A stretch of DNA of 64,000 nucleotides from Candidatus Latescibacterota bacterium (GCA_965204375.1 OZ241986.1:4128001-4192000); one strand, 5' to 3'. Shown: positions 20,277-29,451, counted from the first letter of the stretch. Numbers and translations are program-made. Notes: generated from the sequence alone by a model not told the origin.

Positions 20277-21146
20277 CACCCGCGTTGTCTCGCCATCGGA
20301 CTCCAGCAGGGGCAACTGGCCCCCGTGATGGACCCCGGGACCGTACAAAACCGCTTGTTGTTCTGCCGTCAACTCACTCACCCAATCGCCATAGCGTTCC
20401 TGGGGCGTAAAATACTTGCCCACAGCGCGCGCCGCTGCGCGAGAAGCGTACTTATAAAGCACAGAACGCCGCTCCCCATCGCTGCGCCACGGCAGCGTGC
20501 CATGCGTCATCGTCTCCGCAAAAAAGAGCACATCGCCCGCTTGCATCACAGGTTGATAAACCAGACCCATATCGTCCTCTACAGAACGCACCTCAGCGGG
20601 TGTAGGCTCGGCTGTCTTATGACTCCCCGGCACACAGGCAAAACCACCATCGCCCTCATTCACATCCGTCAATTGCCACGCCACAGTAATACCCCGACAG
20701 AAAATCTTTCCATTCTGCTGGTGATACCACACCGACTGGCTAAACGGCTCGCCACCGCCGTGCAGTGTATGGCCCTCTGCACCCTTATGCGCGCTAATCA
20801 ACAGCGGACCGTGATCCAGGCGAAAACCCTTGCCACTAAACTCATTCAAACGACTCACCACAACCGGATGAACGAGCAACTTCCGAAACGGCTCGCGATA
20901 GGGTTCGGGCCAGCCCAACATACCCGTAAGCTCGCGCCGCCCCTCCTTCCCAGTAAGCGCGGACGAACCCCGCGCCAAACCGCCATCTTCAATAGACCGC
21001 GTCCTGATCTCATCGCCATAGTGATCAATCACATCATTACACGCCTTGACCTCATCCGCAGACAGAGCACCTCGCACGACCAGATAACCGCGCAGGTCAA
21101 AAAAGTACTTCTCCTCTTCACTCACTGTATAAAGGCTATTACCCAT
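20268..21146 (-). CDS. PhyH-family Fe(II)/2OG oxygenase (HxG variant)
   Basis: FDLRGYL, TLHGGG, GGFACVPGSHK, THGTLPW, RR. Confidence 0.85.
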   Translation of the reverse strand: MGNSLYTVSEEEKYFFDLRGYLVVRGALSADEVKACNDVIDHYGDEIRTRSIEDGGLARGSSALTGKEGRRELTGMLGWPEPYREPFRKLLVHPVVVSRLNEFSGKGFRLDHGPLLISAHKGAEGHTLHGGGEPFSQSVWYHQQNGKIFCRGITVAWQLTDVNEGDGGFACVPGSHKTAEPTPAEVRSVEDDMGLVYQPVMQAGDVLFFAETMTHGTLPWRSDGERRSVLYKYASRAAARAVGKYFTPQERYGDWVSELTAEQQAVLYGPGVHHGGQLPLLESDGETTRVVK

Positions 21147-21175
21147 GGTAAAACGCTCCTGTTCTTATACTACGC

Positions 21176-22033
21176 TTACGCCTCTATTTTCACACGCCCA
21201 TCTTCACAGACCTCCAGAGATGGCACGCGGCCCCTGTGATTGGAATAAGGACCATACATAACCGACAACTGCTCGGGCGTCATATCCTCGACAATCTCTC
21301 GATCCCAATAAATCTCCGGCGGCGACACCTCCTGAGAAGGACCGCCCCGCGCACATGTGCGAGCTGTGTATTTGAACAAAATGGACCGCCGCGTTGAATC
21401 CAACTTCCACGGCGTTGCACCGTGTGATTGCGCGCTATCCATAAAAAAGACGACATCGCCAGCCTCCACCACCGGCTGCTTGATCAAACCCATATCGTCA
21501 TCTCCTGTACGCACACCATTTGGCATCGGAAACATCGCCTTATGGCTCGATGGCACACAGGCAAATCCACCCATCCCCTCCTTGCAATCGTGCAACTGCC
21601 ACGCCACAGTCACACCACCCACCCACGGCTTGCCATTCTGATGGTGATACGCGACATACGGCCGATGTGGCTCGCCATTACCGTGCATCGTATGGCCTGC
21701 AGTACCCTTATTGCTCACAATAAACATCGGACCGTGATCCAGCCGAAACCCCGTGCCACACATCACATTGAGATACTTCACCAGCACCGGGTGTGCCAGC
21801 ATCTCCCGGAAAGGTTCACAATCCGGTTTTGGAAATTCCAGAATACCGGGCAACATAGGACGTCCCGTACCGGCAAAAGTAACCGAATCCCTCGCCGTGG
21901 AACCGCCAACCTGAACCCGACCCCAGTAGCGATCCACAATATCATTCGCCCGCGCAACCTCCTCTGTTGACAACACACCTTTCACGACGAGGTATCCCGT
22001 CAAATCCCAGAAATATCGCTCGCGCGCATCCAT
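21176..22033 (-). CDS. PhyH-family Fe(II)/2OG oxygenase (HxN variant)
   Basis: WDLTGYL, TMHGNG, GGFACVPSSHK, SHGATPW; tandem paralog. Confidence 0.85.
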   Translation of the reverse strand: MDARERYFWDLTGYLVVKGVLSTEEVARANDIVDRYWGRVQVGGSTARDSVTFAGTGRPMLPGILEFPKPDCEPFREMLAHPVLVKYLNVMCGTGFRLDHGPMFIVSNKGTAGHTMHGNGEPHRPYVAYHHQNGKPWVGGVTVAWQLHDCKEGMGGFACVPSSHKAMFPMPNGVRTGDDDMGLIKQPVVEAGDVVFFMDSAQSHGATPWKLDSTRRSILFKYTARTCARGGPSQEVSPPEIYWDREIVEDMTPEQLSVMYGPYSNHRGRVPSLEVCEDGRVKIEA

Positions 22034-22272
22034 AAGGCATCTCCTTTTGAGACAGGTGAATATTTTTTAACATGAATATCAATGAACCTAAAATTTAAAA
22101 AAGTCAATTTTTTTCGACAGAGCGCGGAGAGAAAATTACGGCACAGGAGATACATTCTATTTTAAACTGAACTTTGAAACCAAATTTTATTCAAAGAAAT
22201 CCTTGATGGTGTACAGAATTGTGCATACATTTTGGGTAATTATTTGGTATAATTTTGTGAAAGGAGATAGAT

Positions 22273-22521
22273 ATGGCAACCACAACCGTGAGAATTGACG
22301 AAGCAACCCGGGATAAACTCAGAATCATTGCGAACAGCGAAAACGAGCCTATACACGTTATTCTGGAGCGTGCAATTGAAGATTATCGCCGCAAGCGTTT
22401 CTTGGAAGATGCGAATCGCGCTTACAACGCGCTCCGTCAGAATCAAAAGGCCTGGGCAGAAGAATTAGAAGAGCGTGCAGTATGGGATGCAACACTTTCA
22501 GACAACCTTGAGGATGAGTAA
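22273..22521 (+). CDS. Ribbon-helix-helix antitoxin
   Basis: TTVRIDEATRDKL...W..EL..WD.TL.D; upstream of the PemK toxin. Confidence 0.85.
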   Translation: MATTTVRIDEATRDKLRIIANSENEPIHVILERAIEDYRRKRFLEDANRAYNALRQNQKAWAEELEERAVWDATLSDNLEDE

Positions 22522-22888
22522 ACATCTACACCATGAGAAATTAAGAATGCCAGAAATATTAAGAGGAGAAATTTGGTTGGTTGACTTGAATCCAACCCGA
22601 GGCCATGAACAAGCAGGTACACGTCCTTGTTTAATTGTATCAGTAGATATTTTTAATCAGGGACCAGCAGGTATAGTTGTCGTTCTTCCACTCACTACTC
22701 AAAATAAAAGAATTCCCTTCCATGTGGAAGTATCTCCACCAGAAGGTGGAATAAAAACAATGAGTTTTATCAAGTGCGAAGACATCCGAGCCGTTAGCAC
22801 AGGACGGCTAAAAAATAGATGGGGTGCGGTTTCCGTAGAAACTCTAACAGCTATTGAGGATCGACTACGCATTTTGCTCAATATCTAA
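22514..22888 (+). CDS. mazF: PemK/MazF family toxin (alternative start 22547)
   Basis: RGEIWLVDLNPTRGHEQAGTRPCLIVS...LPLTT...CEDIRAVS. Confidence 0.92.
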   Translation: MSKHLHHEKLRMPEILRGEIWLVDLNPTRGHEQAGTRPCLIVSVDIFNQGPAGIVVVLPLTTQNKRIPFHVEVSPPEGGIKTMSFIKCEDIRAVSTGRLKNRWGAVSVETLTAIEDRLRILLNI

Positions 22889-22899
22889 ATTCATCATTT

Positions 22900-23067
22900 T
22901 TAAGTCAAAACAAATCCATAAAAAGTGGTATTGCCCTCCACGGTATTAAACACAGAAGCGTACTGGCTCAAAAAATCTTTCTGTTTAACATCGGGCGCAA
23001 ACAACTCGCCCACCCACGCTTTATTGCCCCAAATCGGACAGCCCAAAAAATACCGTTCAATGCTCAT
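22900..23067 (-). pseudogene. DUF72 family N-terminal fragment
   Basis: LGCPIW...W.G..F...[18 protein letters not shown] then an early stop. Confidence 0.8.
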
Positions 23068-23155
23068 GACCGCCCCAGACATGCCAACCACCTATTGGGT
23101 GATTGACTCTTAAATAAATAAACCGTATTTTGAATAAAATGATAGGAACCCGACA

Positions 23156-23401
23156 ATGCTTGATCTACCTTATTCCTTGATCATTGAAGCCACAGAAGAG
23201 CCGGATTTTTTTGGCTTTTACTCCCCAGAACTCGAAGGTTTTACAGGTATTGGACATTCCATCGAAGATTGCATGTTCAAAGCAAAATGGGGAATGGAAG
23301 AACACGTTGAACTCTTGAAAGAACAGGGCCTTCCGGTACCCGATAAAAACCCCAATCCGAATATCCTCATCCAAAACCAACAGGCACTTTCTACCGTATA
23401 G
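23156..23401 (+). CDS. Orphan HicB-family antitoxin
   Basis: YSLIIE...FYSPELEGFTGIGHSIEDC...GLPVP; no hicA adjacent. Confidence 0.8.
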   Translation: MLDLPYSLIIEATEEPDFFGFYSPELEGFTGIGHSIEDCMFKAKWGMEEHVELLKEQGLPVPDKNPNPNILIQNQQALSTV

Positions 23402-23402
23402 A

Positions 23403-24962
23403 TCACTTTCCTCCCACCCACAACCCCACAACACATGGCTGATCTTTATCCTCAAACGGATTGATCAAATCGGTATTAAACCCGCCCCAATCACTCGATT
23501 TTCTCATCTTACTACTGCTCCGTTCACCCGTCAAAATCGCCATCCAATCCACCGTTATCGGCATCTCCCCACCCACAACAGACAAATCAATACGCGTATC
23601 CCCGCCCTCGGGCAAATACACCAGATACGCATTCCCTGCCAGCGCCAGACAAAGACCCCGCTCCACATATTCATTATCCCCAACCATCTGATTAAACGGC
23701 AAACCCGCCAAAAAATCCCGCAACTCCCGATACCTCATCCAACTCTCTGGCACCGGCTCAAACTTAATCAAATCCCACGACGTATTATCGTAATAATAAC
23801 ACGGATACGCGCCCGCCGCGTAAATCGCCCACGTCCACTTTAAAATATCATCCCATTCGGCAGTCGTGCGCCCGCGATACGTCTTGAGCTGCTCCTCAGC
23901 AAGCTCATACCCGTATTCCACATTCACATACGGCGTACCCGAATTGCGCATCCTGCGAATCGCCTCCCGATTGTAGCGCGCAGCATCGGACAAATGCACC
24001 TGATCCGTCACAAAATCCGACTGGCGATCGGGTTCAGAAAGCGTACCCGCGTTTCGGATCTCAACATCGTGCACCGTCAGCAAATGCCCATACGCATCTG
24101 CCTTGCGAATAATATCCATACGATCCAGAACATAATCGTGATCGCCCATCTCTCGATACAGATTCTTGCTCTCCTTGCCCACATCCCAGACCACATTGCC
24201 AAAAGCCTGGTACCGCGCAACCGCATAGCGCCAGAACCGATCATCTGCTTCTGTCTCGCGCGCCGGCCAATTCACCTGCTTATTTTGCACCTGCAGCATC
24301 AGATGAACCACAATCCCCTTCCCGTGCAAATAGCGCATCAACCGGTCAAAATCGCGAAAAAAAACGATATTCATCCGCTCGTGATCCGGCGCATCATTTG
24401 TGCCCTCAAACAAATACATCTTCGGCGGCCCAAAAATATACTCCGGCAACATCGGGCGCGTATCGTCATTCGGCCGCGAACCAAAACCCGTATGGGCGTA
24501 CAAATTCATCACAAAACAATTGAACCCCCGGCTCGCGACCAGATCGACATGCCGATAACACCGCGCCGCATCTGCCTGGTGATAACTAAACAACCAGTCG
24601 CACTCAAAACCCAAATATAAAAACGGCGTACCATCAGACCACGCAAACCGCTGTGGGTACTCTGGATCAATACCCACCAGACCATGCACATCGGGATTCT
24701 CATTCCCCACACATTGTACAGACCACTCAGCCCCATCCAGATCCAAATGCTCAGACCGAGAACATCCCCTCCAAACACCTTCTACACTTGGACTAAACCG
24801 GACAACCCACTTATCCCCATCAAAAAAACCGGGCAAATTTTCAACCACCTCGCCCAGTTCGTGTGTAAAAGTTGCGGTCACCTCGACCGCAAATGGATTT
24901 TTATCACCCACATCCGCATACAATTCAAAATCGCACACCGCGTATTGCTGCACTTCTAACAT
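23403..24962 (-). CDS. DUF5060/DUF4038 glycoside-hydrolase-like protein
   Basis: NPF..V.ATFTH, GFFDG..W.VRFSP, SDGTPFLYLG, VARY.AF.NVVW, VNVEYGYE. Confidence 0.75.
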   Translation of the reverse strand: MLEVQQYAVCDFELYADVGDKNPFAVEVTATFTHELGEVVENLPGFFDGDKWVVRFSPSVEGVWRGCSRSEHLDLDGAEWSVQCVGNENPDVHGLVGIDPEYPQRFAWSDGTPFLYLGFECDWLFSYHQADAARCYRHVDLVASRGFNCFVMNLYAHTGFGSRPNDDTRPMLPEYIFGPPKMYLFEGTNDAPDHERMNIVFFRDFDRLMRYLHGKGIVVHLMLQVQNKQVNWPARETEADDRFWRYAVARYQAFGNVVWDVGKESKNLYREMGDHDYVLDRMDIIRKADAYGHLLTVHDVEIRNAGTLSEPDRQSDFVTDQVHLSDAARYNREAIRRMRNSGTPYVNVEYGYELAEEQLKTYRGRTTAEWDDILKWTWAIYAAGAYPCYYYDNTSWDLIKFEPVPESWMRYRELRDFLAGLPFNQMVGDNEYVERGLCLALAGNAYLVYLPEGGDTRIDLSVVGGEMPITVDWMAILTGERSSSKMRKSSDWGGFNTDLINPFEDKDQPCVVGLWVGGK

Positions 24963-25088
24963 CGACCTTATCCTCTCTCACTTGTAAGATTTGATCACAT
25001 AATACAACAGCACACCCAGCACAATAATTACAACCCCCACCCAGATCAGTGCCCAAAATTGAACATCCATCTGGTAGCCCTCCGCCTG

Positions 25089-25898
25089 TCATTCCCCATC
25101 CTCAATCGACACATCCCGCACATCATCTGTCCAATCGATCCAGATATCATCTCCCGGGGGTTCTTCCTGAAGCTGGGGCATATCGTTCAGCTTAAAATCG
25201 TACAACACCGCCTTTCGAATCTGCCGCGAATAATTGGCCGACGCCATATGCCCGATGCGGTGGTGCCAAAAAACAATATCGCCGGGTTCGCCATGCGTCT
25301 GATATGAATTCTCGTCACAAGATTGAAACGCTTCCCTATGCTTCTCCATCCGGGGCAATGGTTCCCTGAGATATCGCGTCTGGTAATCGAAAAAAAACGT
25401 GCGATGACTCTTAGGCCACACCGTAAAACCACCGCCATCCTCGGGAACGTGATCGATATAACCCACCACTGCAAAATTGAACGCATGGGCATCCACATGC
25501 AAATGGCGCGGTTGGCGCTCCACATCGCCATAGGGCAACGTGCAATAAATACCGCGCACACCTGCAGGCTCAGGAAAATTCCCCTTGCCCAGCATCTGCT
25601 CCGCAGCACCCCACACAACCGGATTTTTTGCCAGCAACTCAATCATCCAGGGTTCTCTGCCCACCTTGCGGTATTGCCAGCGGTAACCGCGCTTGTAATT
25701 GCTGCTATCCATTGATTCCTCTTCCGGCTTAATAGGACCGACCCACGTATCGGGATCGTCTTTCTTCAGACTCGGCGGCGGATCGTCCCACAGGCGTTCT
25801 CGCGCGCGGGCGCACAACTCGGGATCCAGAGCACCCTTCTTCACCAGATAGCCCTCGCGTTTGAAAAAACGGATCTCATCTTCCGTAAGCACAGACAT
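25089..25898 (-). CDS. PhyH-family Fe(II)/2OG oxygenase (HxD)
   Basis: FFKREGYL, HLHVD, GGFTVWPKSH, GDIVFWH...GH. Confidence 0.85.
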   Translation of the reverse strand: MSVLTEDEIRFFKREGYLVKKGALDPELCARARERLWDDPPPSLKKDDPDTWVGPIKPEEESMDSSNYKRGYRWQYRKVGREPWMIELLAKNPVVWGAAEQMLGKGNFPEPAGVRGIYCTLPYGDVERQPRHLHVDAHAFNFAVVGYIDHVPEDGGGFTVWPKSHRTFFFDYQTRYLREPLPRMEKHREAFQSCDENSYQTHGEPGDIVFWHHRIGHMASANYSRQIRKAVLYDFKLNDMPQLQEEPPGDDIWIDWTDDVRDVSIEDGE

Positions 25899-25988
25899 GA
25901 CTCTCTCCTCTTTTATGCGAGTTGATACTGTCAATCCAATTATAGGCACTTACGCATCGGCAATAAAGTATAAAGTGAAGTGATACAA

Positions 25989-26020
25989 CAAAAAACCCGG
26001 TCTTAAACTGAGACCGGGGG
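25989..26020 (-). terminator. Intrinsic terminator downstream of 26067-26354
   Basis: CCCGGTCT-N7-AGACCGGG with a T-run on the minus strand. Confidence 0.7.
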
Positions 26021-26066
26021 AGAAATTTCATATTTGTAGTGGCGCATTCGAGAAGCCCTTTTCTGT

Positions 26067-26354
26067 TCAGGGCTTAGCAAAGGTCATAATGATTGAAACG
26101 GTTGTACCGACATTTGCAAGCAACACAACGACCAGCAGGCCAATAAGCCACCTGAAATTGCTGTTATTGCGAATGTCCATGTTGGCCAATCGGGTGTCCA
26201 TATTGGTCAACCGGGTGTCCATATTGGAAAAGCCGTTGTCAACGCGGGTTTCAAGGCCAGTCAAGCGCGTGTTCATTTGTTCAGCAATTCCCTCGACGCG
26301 CGCCAGGCGGGCGTCCATTTCGGCCAGTTTGTCTTGTGGTGTCGGAATCTGCAT
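26067..26354 (-). CDS. Small coiled-coil protein with C-terminal TM helix; paralog of 19945-20151
   Basis: MQIPT...DARLARVEG..EQMNTRL; internal 21-bp NMDTRL repeats. Confidence 0.75.
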   Translation of the reverse strand: MQIPTPQDKLAEMDARLARVEGIAEQMNTRLTGLETRVDNGFSNMDTRLTNMDTRLANMDIRNNSNFRWLIGLLVVVLLANVGTTVSIIMTFAKP

Positions 26355-26449
26355 GGGTTTCTTTCTTCGTGTGTGGTAGTCTATACTCCGTCTATGGAAT
26401 TATACCAGACCTTTTAGACTTAAGCAAGTCCTATGGGCTTTTTTTTCGT

Positions 26450-26492
26450 AAATCTGACACATGACGCCTATCTTTGTGAACGGACATCAAAA
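26450..26492. repeat. 43-bp direct repeat, copy 1 (copy 2 at 28657-28699)
   Basis: AAATCTGACACATGACGCCTATCyTTGwrAACGGACATCAAAA, 40/43 identical. Confidence 0.9.
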
Positions 26493-26554
26493 TCAAAGAT
26501 CCCCTTGAGAATCACATACCCCTGAGATTCAAACTGTTCTCGTAATGCACGCAT
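26468..26554 (-). pseudogene. PhyH N-terminal fragment truncated at the direct repeat
   Basis: MRALREQFESQGYVILKGIFD resembles the F..xGY N-termini of the PhyH paralogs. Confidence 0.55.
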
Positions 26555-26584
26555 AGCTAACAGAAAACTCGGTCACGGACCAGA

Positions 26585-26962
26585 CTATTTAGCCTGAAAC
26601 GGTATTTGTATCTTTTTTCCTTTTTGCTTCATTTGTCGCCGTTTCAGATATGCGGCTATTGAAGTGATAAAAAATAAAACAAGGGATCCAATCCCGCAGA
26701 CTGTCAGTGAAAATGAGAAACCAGATTGTATAATTGCGACGAGGAAGGCTATGAAGGCACTGAAAAGTGTAGAAGATATGAGAGCCCATATCTCGTATTG
26801 ACTAAGGACAGATGAATCCACCATCTCTATTTCAATAGTCTCCGGCACGGAAACCATTATGTTCAAAGCCCTCGCAAAAGGGGCTGAACTTGGCTCAGAT
26901 GAATCGGCATCAACTTCATCATGATCTACAGCAGACTCTATGTCTTTGCTTTCGTCTTCCAT
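26585..26962 (-). CDS. Hypothetical 2-TM membrane protein
   Basis: Acidic N-terminus, two hydrophobic helices, basic tail; start overlaps upstream stop (TGATG). Confidence 0.7.
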   Translation of the reverse strand: MEDESKDIESAVDHDEVDADSSEPSSAPFARALNIMVSVPETIEIEMVDSSVLSQYEIWALISSTLFSAFIAFLVAIIQSGFSFSLTVCGIGSLVLFFITSIAAYLKRRQMKQKGKKIQIPFQAK

Positions 26963-27258
26963 CAGGCGGTTCTCTCTCTTATTTTTGACCAGGCCGTTTT
27001 GGGCAACCAGCCATCGTATTGGCCTCCATACATTAAGGGGCTAATGACGAAGTAGGTCGTAGCAGTAGAACTCTCGGCTACTGCTTGAAGGTTTTCCCTA
27101 ATCCCTTCCCATGCTTCCTGACTGGGCACGCTGACGATGTAAAAAGTGCTGAGAGGTCGTACCCAAGAGTAACCTTCTAAACACTCTAGTAGTCGGGAGT
27201 TGATCTCGTCCCACTCTTTGTCTTCCGATTGAATATCCCACGACACTATAAAGTGCAT
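26962..27258 (-). CDS. Small ferredoxin-fold-like protein (Cas2/VapD-like N-terminus)
   Basis: MHFIVSWDI..., GWLP; AGGAG RBS. Confidence 0.65.
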   Translation of the reverse strand: MHFIVSWDIQSEDKEWDEINSRLLECLEGYSWVRPLSTFYIVSVPSQEAWEGIRENLQAVAESSTATTYFVISPLMYGGQYDGWLPKTAWSKIRERTA

Positions 27259-27374
27259 GACCCTCTCCTTATTTATAAAGCACCTGTCATGTTATGCACG
27301 GCAAGCTAAGTTAAGAGAGTATTGATCCCCATTTTTTGGCTATTGAGAAAATATGATGTAATAGTAATCTATTG

Positions 27375-28694
27375 TCAAGATGCTCGGCTCTGTTTATCCA
27401 GATAAACCGTAACCTGTCCATCAGTTTCATCCACGGTTGCGTTGGTGAATTGGCCGGTCAGACCAGACCCAGAAATATTCACCACCCCACCGTCAGACAC
27501 CACATCTAATGTATCAAGCCCCGCTATCGTCAACCTCAGAACGCCATTCATCAGCGGATGAGGACCCACTGCCACAGTCAGCGCCACAACATCATCCATC
27601 CTATCCGTCAGCATCTCCAGTTGACCACTCTCGTGATGGATGTGAACGAACCGCGAGTGAAGAACACCCCCTTCTACAATCACGAGATTACTGGGATCCG
27701 TACCACTTACCCACAGTGGCTCCGTATCAGGTGCGATAACAGACAAGCGCATGCCCACCTGTGAATCAAACGCTCGCCTTTGCTCAGATCGCTGTGCAAG
27801 CAGGTCTTGCACATCTACTCTTGCAACAGCCTCAAAATGCGCGATCTCCGATTCGGTAAATTCTCCACACTGACCCCCGCTCTTTTCGAGAACCTCTAAA
27901 AGATATACATCCAACGCCTGCGCATCATCCGCCTCAAATGCCGTCTTCCACATTGGCGCAAACGCATCGAGCAAAACCGCAAGCGCATGCCCTATCTCGT
28001 AGCAGCGTCCGCGCACCTCATTCGCGGCATAACCCTCCCGTGGCAAATCCACGCGCGTCCGGCCCACAGACATCGCCTCCACATAAGAGGCAAGCCCTTC
28101 CAGCAACTCTGTCCCCCGTTCATAGGTAGAAAACTCCAGCGCCATCCCCGCATATCGGTCCTGCCGCGCCCTCAGCGCCCTCAGCGTCCAGCATCGCTTC
28201 TCCTCGGACCCATTCGCAGCAAGCGCCCGTCGCAATGCCTCTGTCTCCATCCGCCGAAGAAATAGCAAATTCGCATCATCCACCGGAAAAAGATAACGTA
28301 CAACTTCGTTTCCCTGCCAGGTGGGATGGCAAGCCTGTTGATAGACGTGGAACGCCTCGTGAATTGCTACAGAAGCCAGAACTGTCGGCGCTTGATTTGC
28401 CGACCTATCGAACATAACGCTGGCCGTGGGCGTTCCCGCAATCTCAACAACACTGCTGGCCGTCACGACTGGATAGCGTCCATCGTACACAAGCACATCG
28501 CATTCACCAACCCGCATCTCCCTAAAACCCTCGGGAACCTCCGAACATCGAAAAAGATATGTATCCTCGCCATCATAGAAAACAAGAGGAATCGCGAGCG
28601 GATCAAAGCCCGGCCACAGTTCACCCTGTGCAACCAGACGCTCAATCTCACGCGCCAAATCTGACACATGACGCCTATCCTTGAAAACGGACAT
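27375..28694 (-). CDS. Hypothetical zinc metallopeptidase-like protein
   Basis: IHEAFH plus downstream EGLASY (gluzincin-type). Confidence 0.65.
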   Translation of the reverse strand: MSVFKDRRHVSDLAREIERLVAQGELWPGFDPLAIPLVFYDGEDTYLFRCSEVPEGFREMRVGECDVLVYDGRYPVVTASSVVEIAGTPTASVMFDRSANQAPTVLASVAIHEAFHVYQQACHPTWQGNEVVRYLFPVDDANLLFLRRMETEALRRALAANGSEEKRCWTLRALRARQDRYAGMALEFSTYERGTELLEGLASYVEAMSVGRTRVDLPREGYAANEVRGRCYEIGHALAVLLDAFAPMWKTAFEADDAQALDVYLLEVLEKSGGQCGEFTESEIAHFEAVARVDVQDLLAQRSEQRRAFDSQVGMRLSVIAPDTEPLWVSGTDPSNLVIVEGGVLHSRFVHIHHESGQLEMLTDRMDDVVALTVAVGPHPLMNGVLRLTIAGLDTLDVVSDGGVVNISGSGLTGQFTNATVDETDGQVTVYLDKQSRAS

Positions 28695-28699
28695 CAAAA
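28657..28699. repeat. 43-bp direct repeat, copy 2, spanning the queF stop and next start
   Basis: Matches 26450-26492. Confidence 0.9.
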
Positions 28700-29056
28700 A
28701 GACACTCCCTCATCCTCCCGCTGATACGACGCTGTAATCTCGTGATCGATACCACCGCGAATATTGAAGCGGCTGATCACCTCCATCTCAACCGGATCGC
28801 ACAGATCTACCAGATCGTTCAAAATCTGATTCGTCACAGGCTCCATATAAATCCCCTGATCTCGGAACGACCAGAAATAGTGCTTCAGCGACCGCAACTC
28901 CACGCACCGCGGACCCGGAACATACCAGATCACAATCGTCGCAAAATCCGGCTGCCCCGTCTTGGGACACAGCGACGTAAACTCCGGAAACGTAAACTCA
29001 ATCGTATAACGCCGTTCTGGATTCGGATTATCAAACGCCTCTAAGATCGAACTCAT
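28694..29056 (-). CDS. queF: NADPH-dependent preQ0 reductase (unimodular QueF)
   Basis: EFTSLCPKTGQPDFA, VELRSLKHY, RGGI. Confidence 0.9.
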   Translation of the reverse strand: MSSILEAFDNPNPERRYTIEFTFPEFTSLCPKTGQPDFATIVIWYVPGPRCVELRSLKHYFWSFRDQGIYMEPVTNQILNDLVDLCDPVEMEVISRFNIRGGIDHEITASYQREDEGVSF

Positions 29057-29059
29057 ACC

Positions 29060-29107
29060 TCATCCTCGCGCCCTATCTGCGTCCATCTGCGTCCATCTGC
29101 GGATCAC
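29060..29107 (-). repeat. ATCTGCG decamer element between the queF paralogs; contains a 15-aa mini-ORF
   Basis: GTG overlapping the upstream TGA; VIRRWTQMDADRARG*; ends 3 nt before the queF ATG. Confidence 0.7.
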
Positions 29108-29445
29108 GCCTCGCGCTCATACGCTACAGACACCCGCGTCTCAATACCACCTCGCACTGTAAAATCACCCGTCACATCCAACGTCACAGGATCGCACGCC
29201 GCTACAAAATCATCCACAATTTTATTAACCACACCCTCGTAAAACACCTTCTCATCCCGAAACGACCCCAAATACCGCTTCAACGACATCTGCTCCACAC
29301 ACACCTCTCCCGGCACATAAGAAATCGAAACCGCGGCAAAAATCGGCTGCCCCGTCACCGCGTACAGCGCCGTAAACTCCGACGTCTCAAATTCAATCGT
29401 ATAATCTCGCTCGCGCTCGGGATTTTCAACGCACTTTATTTTCAT
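29104..29445 (-). CDS. QueF paralog lacking the catalytic Cys and Asp
   Basis: EFTALYAVTGQPIFA versus EFTSLCPKTGQPDFA; VEQMSLKRY, RGGI. Confidence 0.85.
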   Translation of the reverse strand: MKIKCVENPERERDYTIEFETSEFTALYAVTGQPIFAAVSISYVPGEVCVEQMSLKRYLGSFRDEKVFYEGVVNKIVDDFVAACDPVTLDVTGDFTVRGGIETRVSVAYEREA

Positions 29446-29451
29446 AACACC

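Noticed and set aside
26962-27258. Annotation as a true cas2
   Set aside because: Only the N-terminal motif resembles it, and there is no cas1 or array
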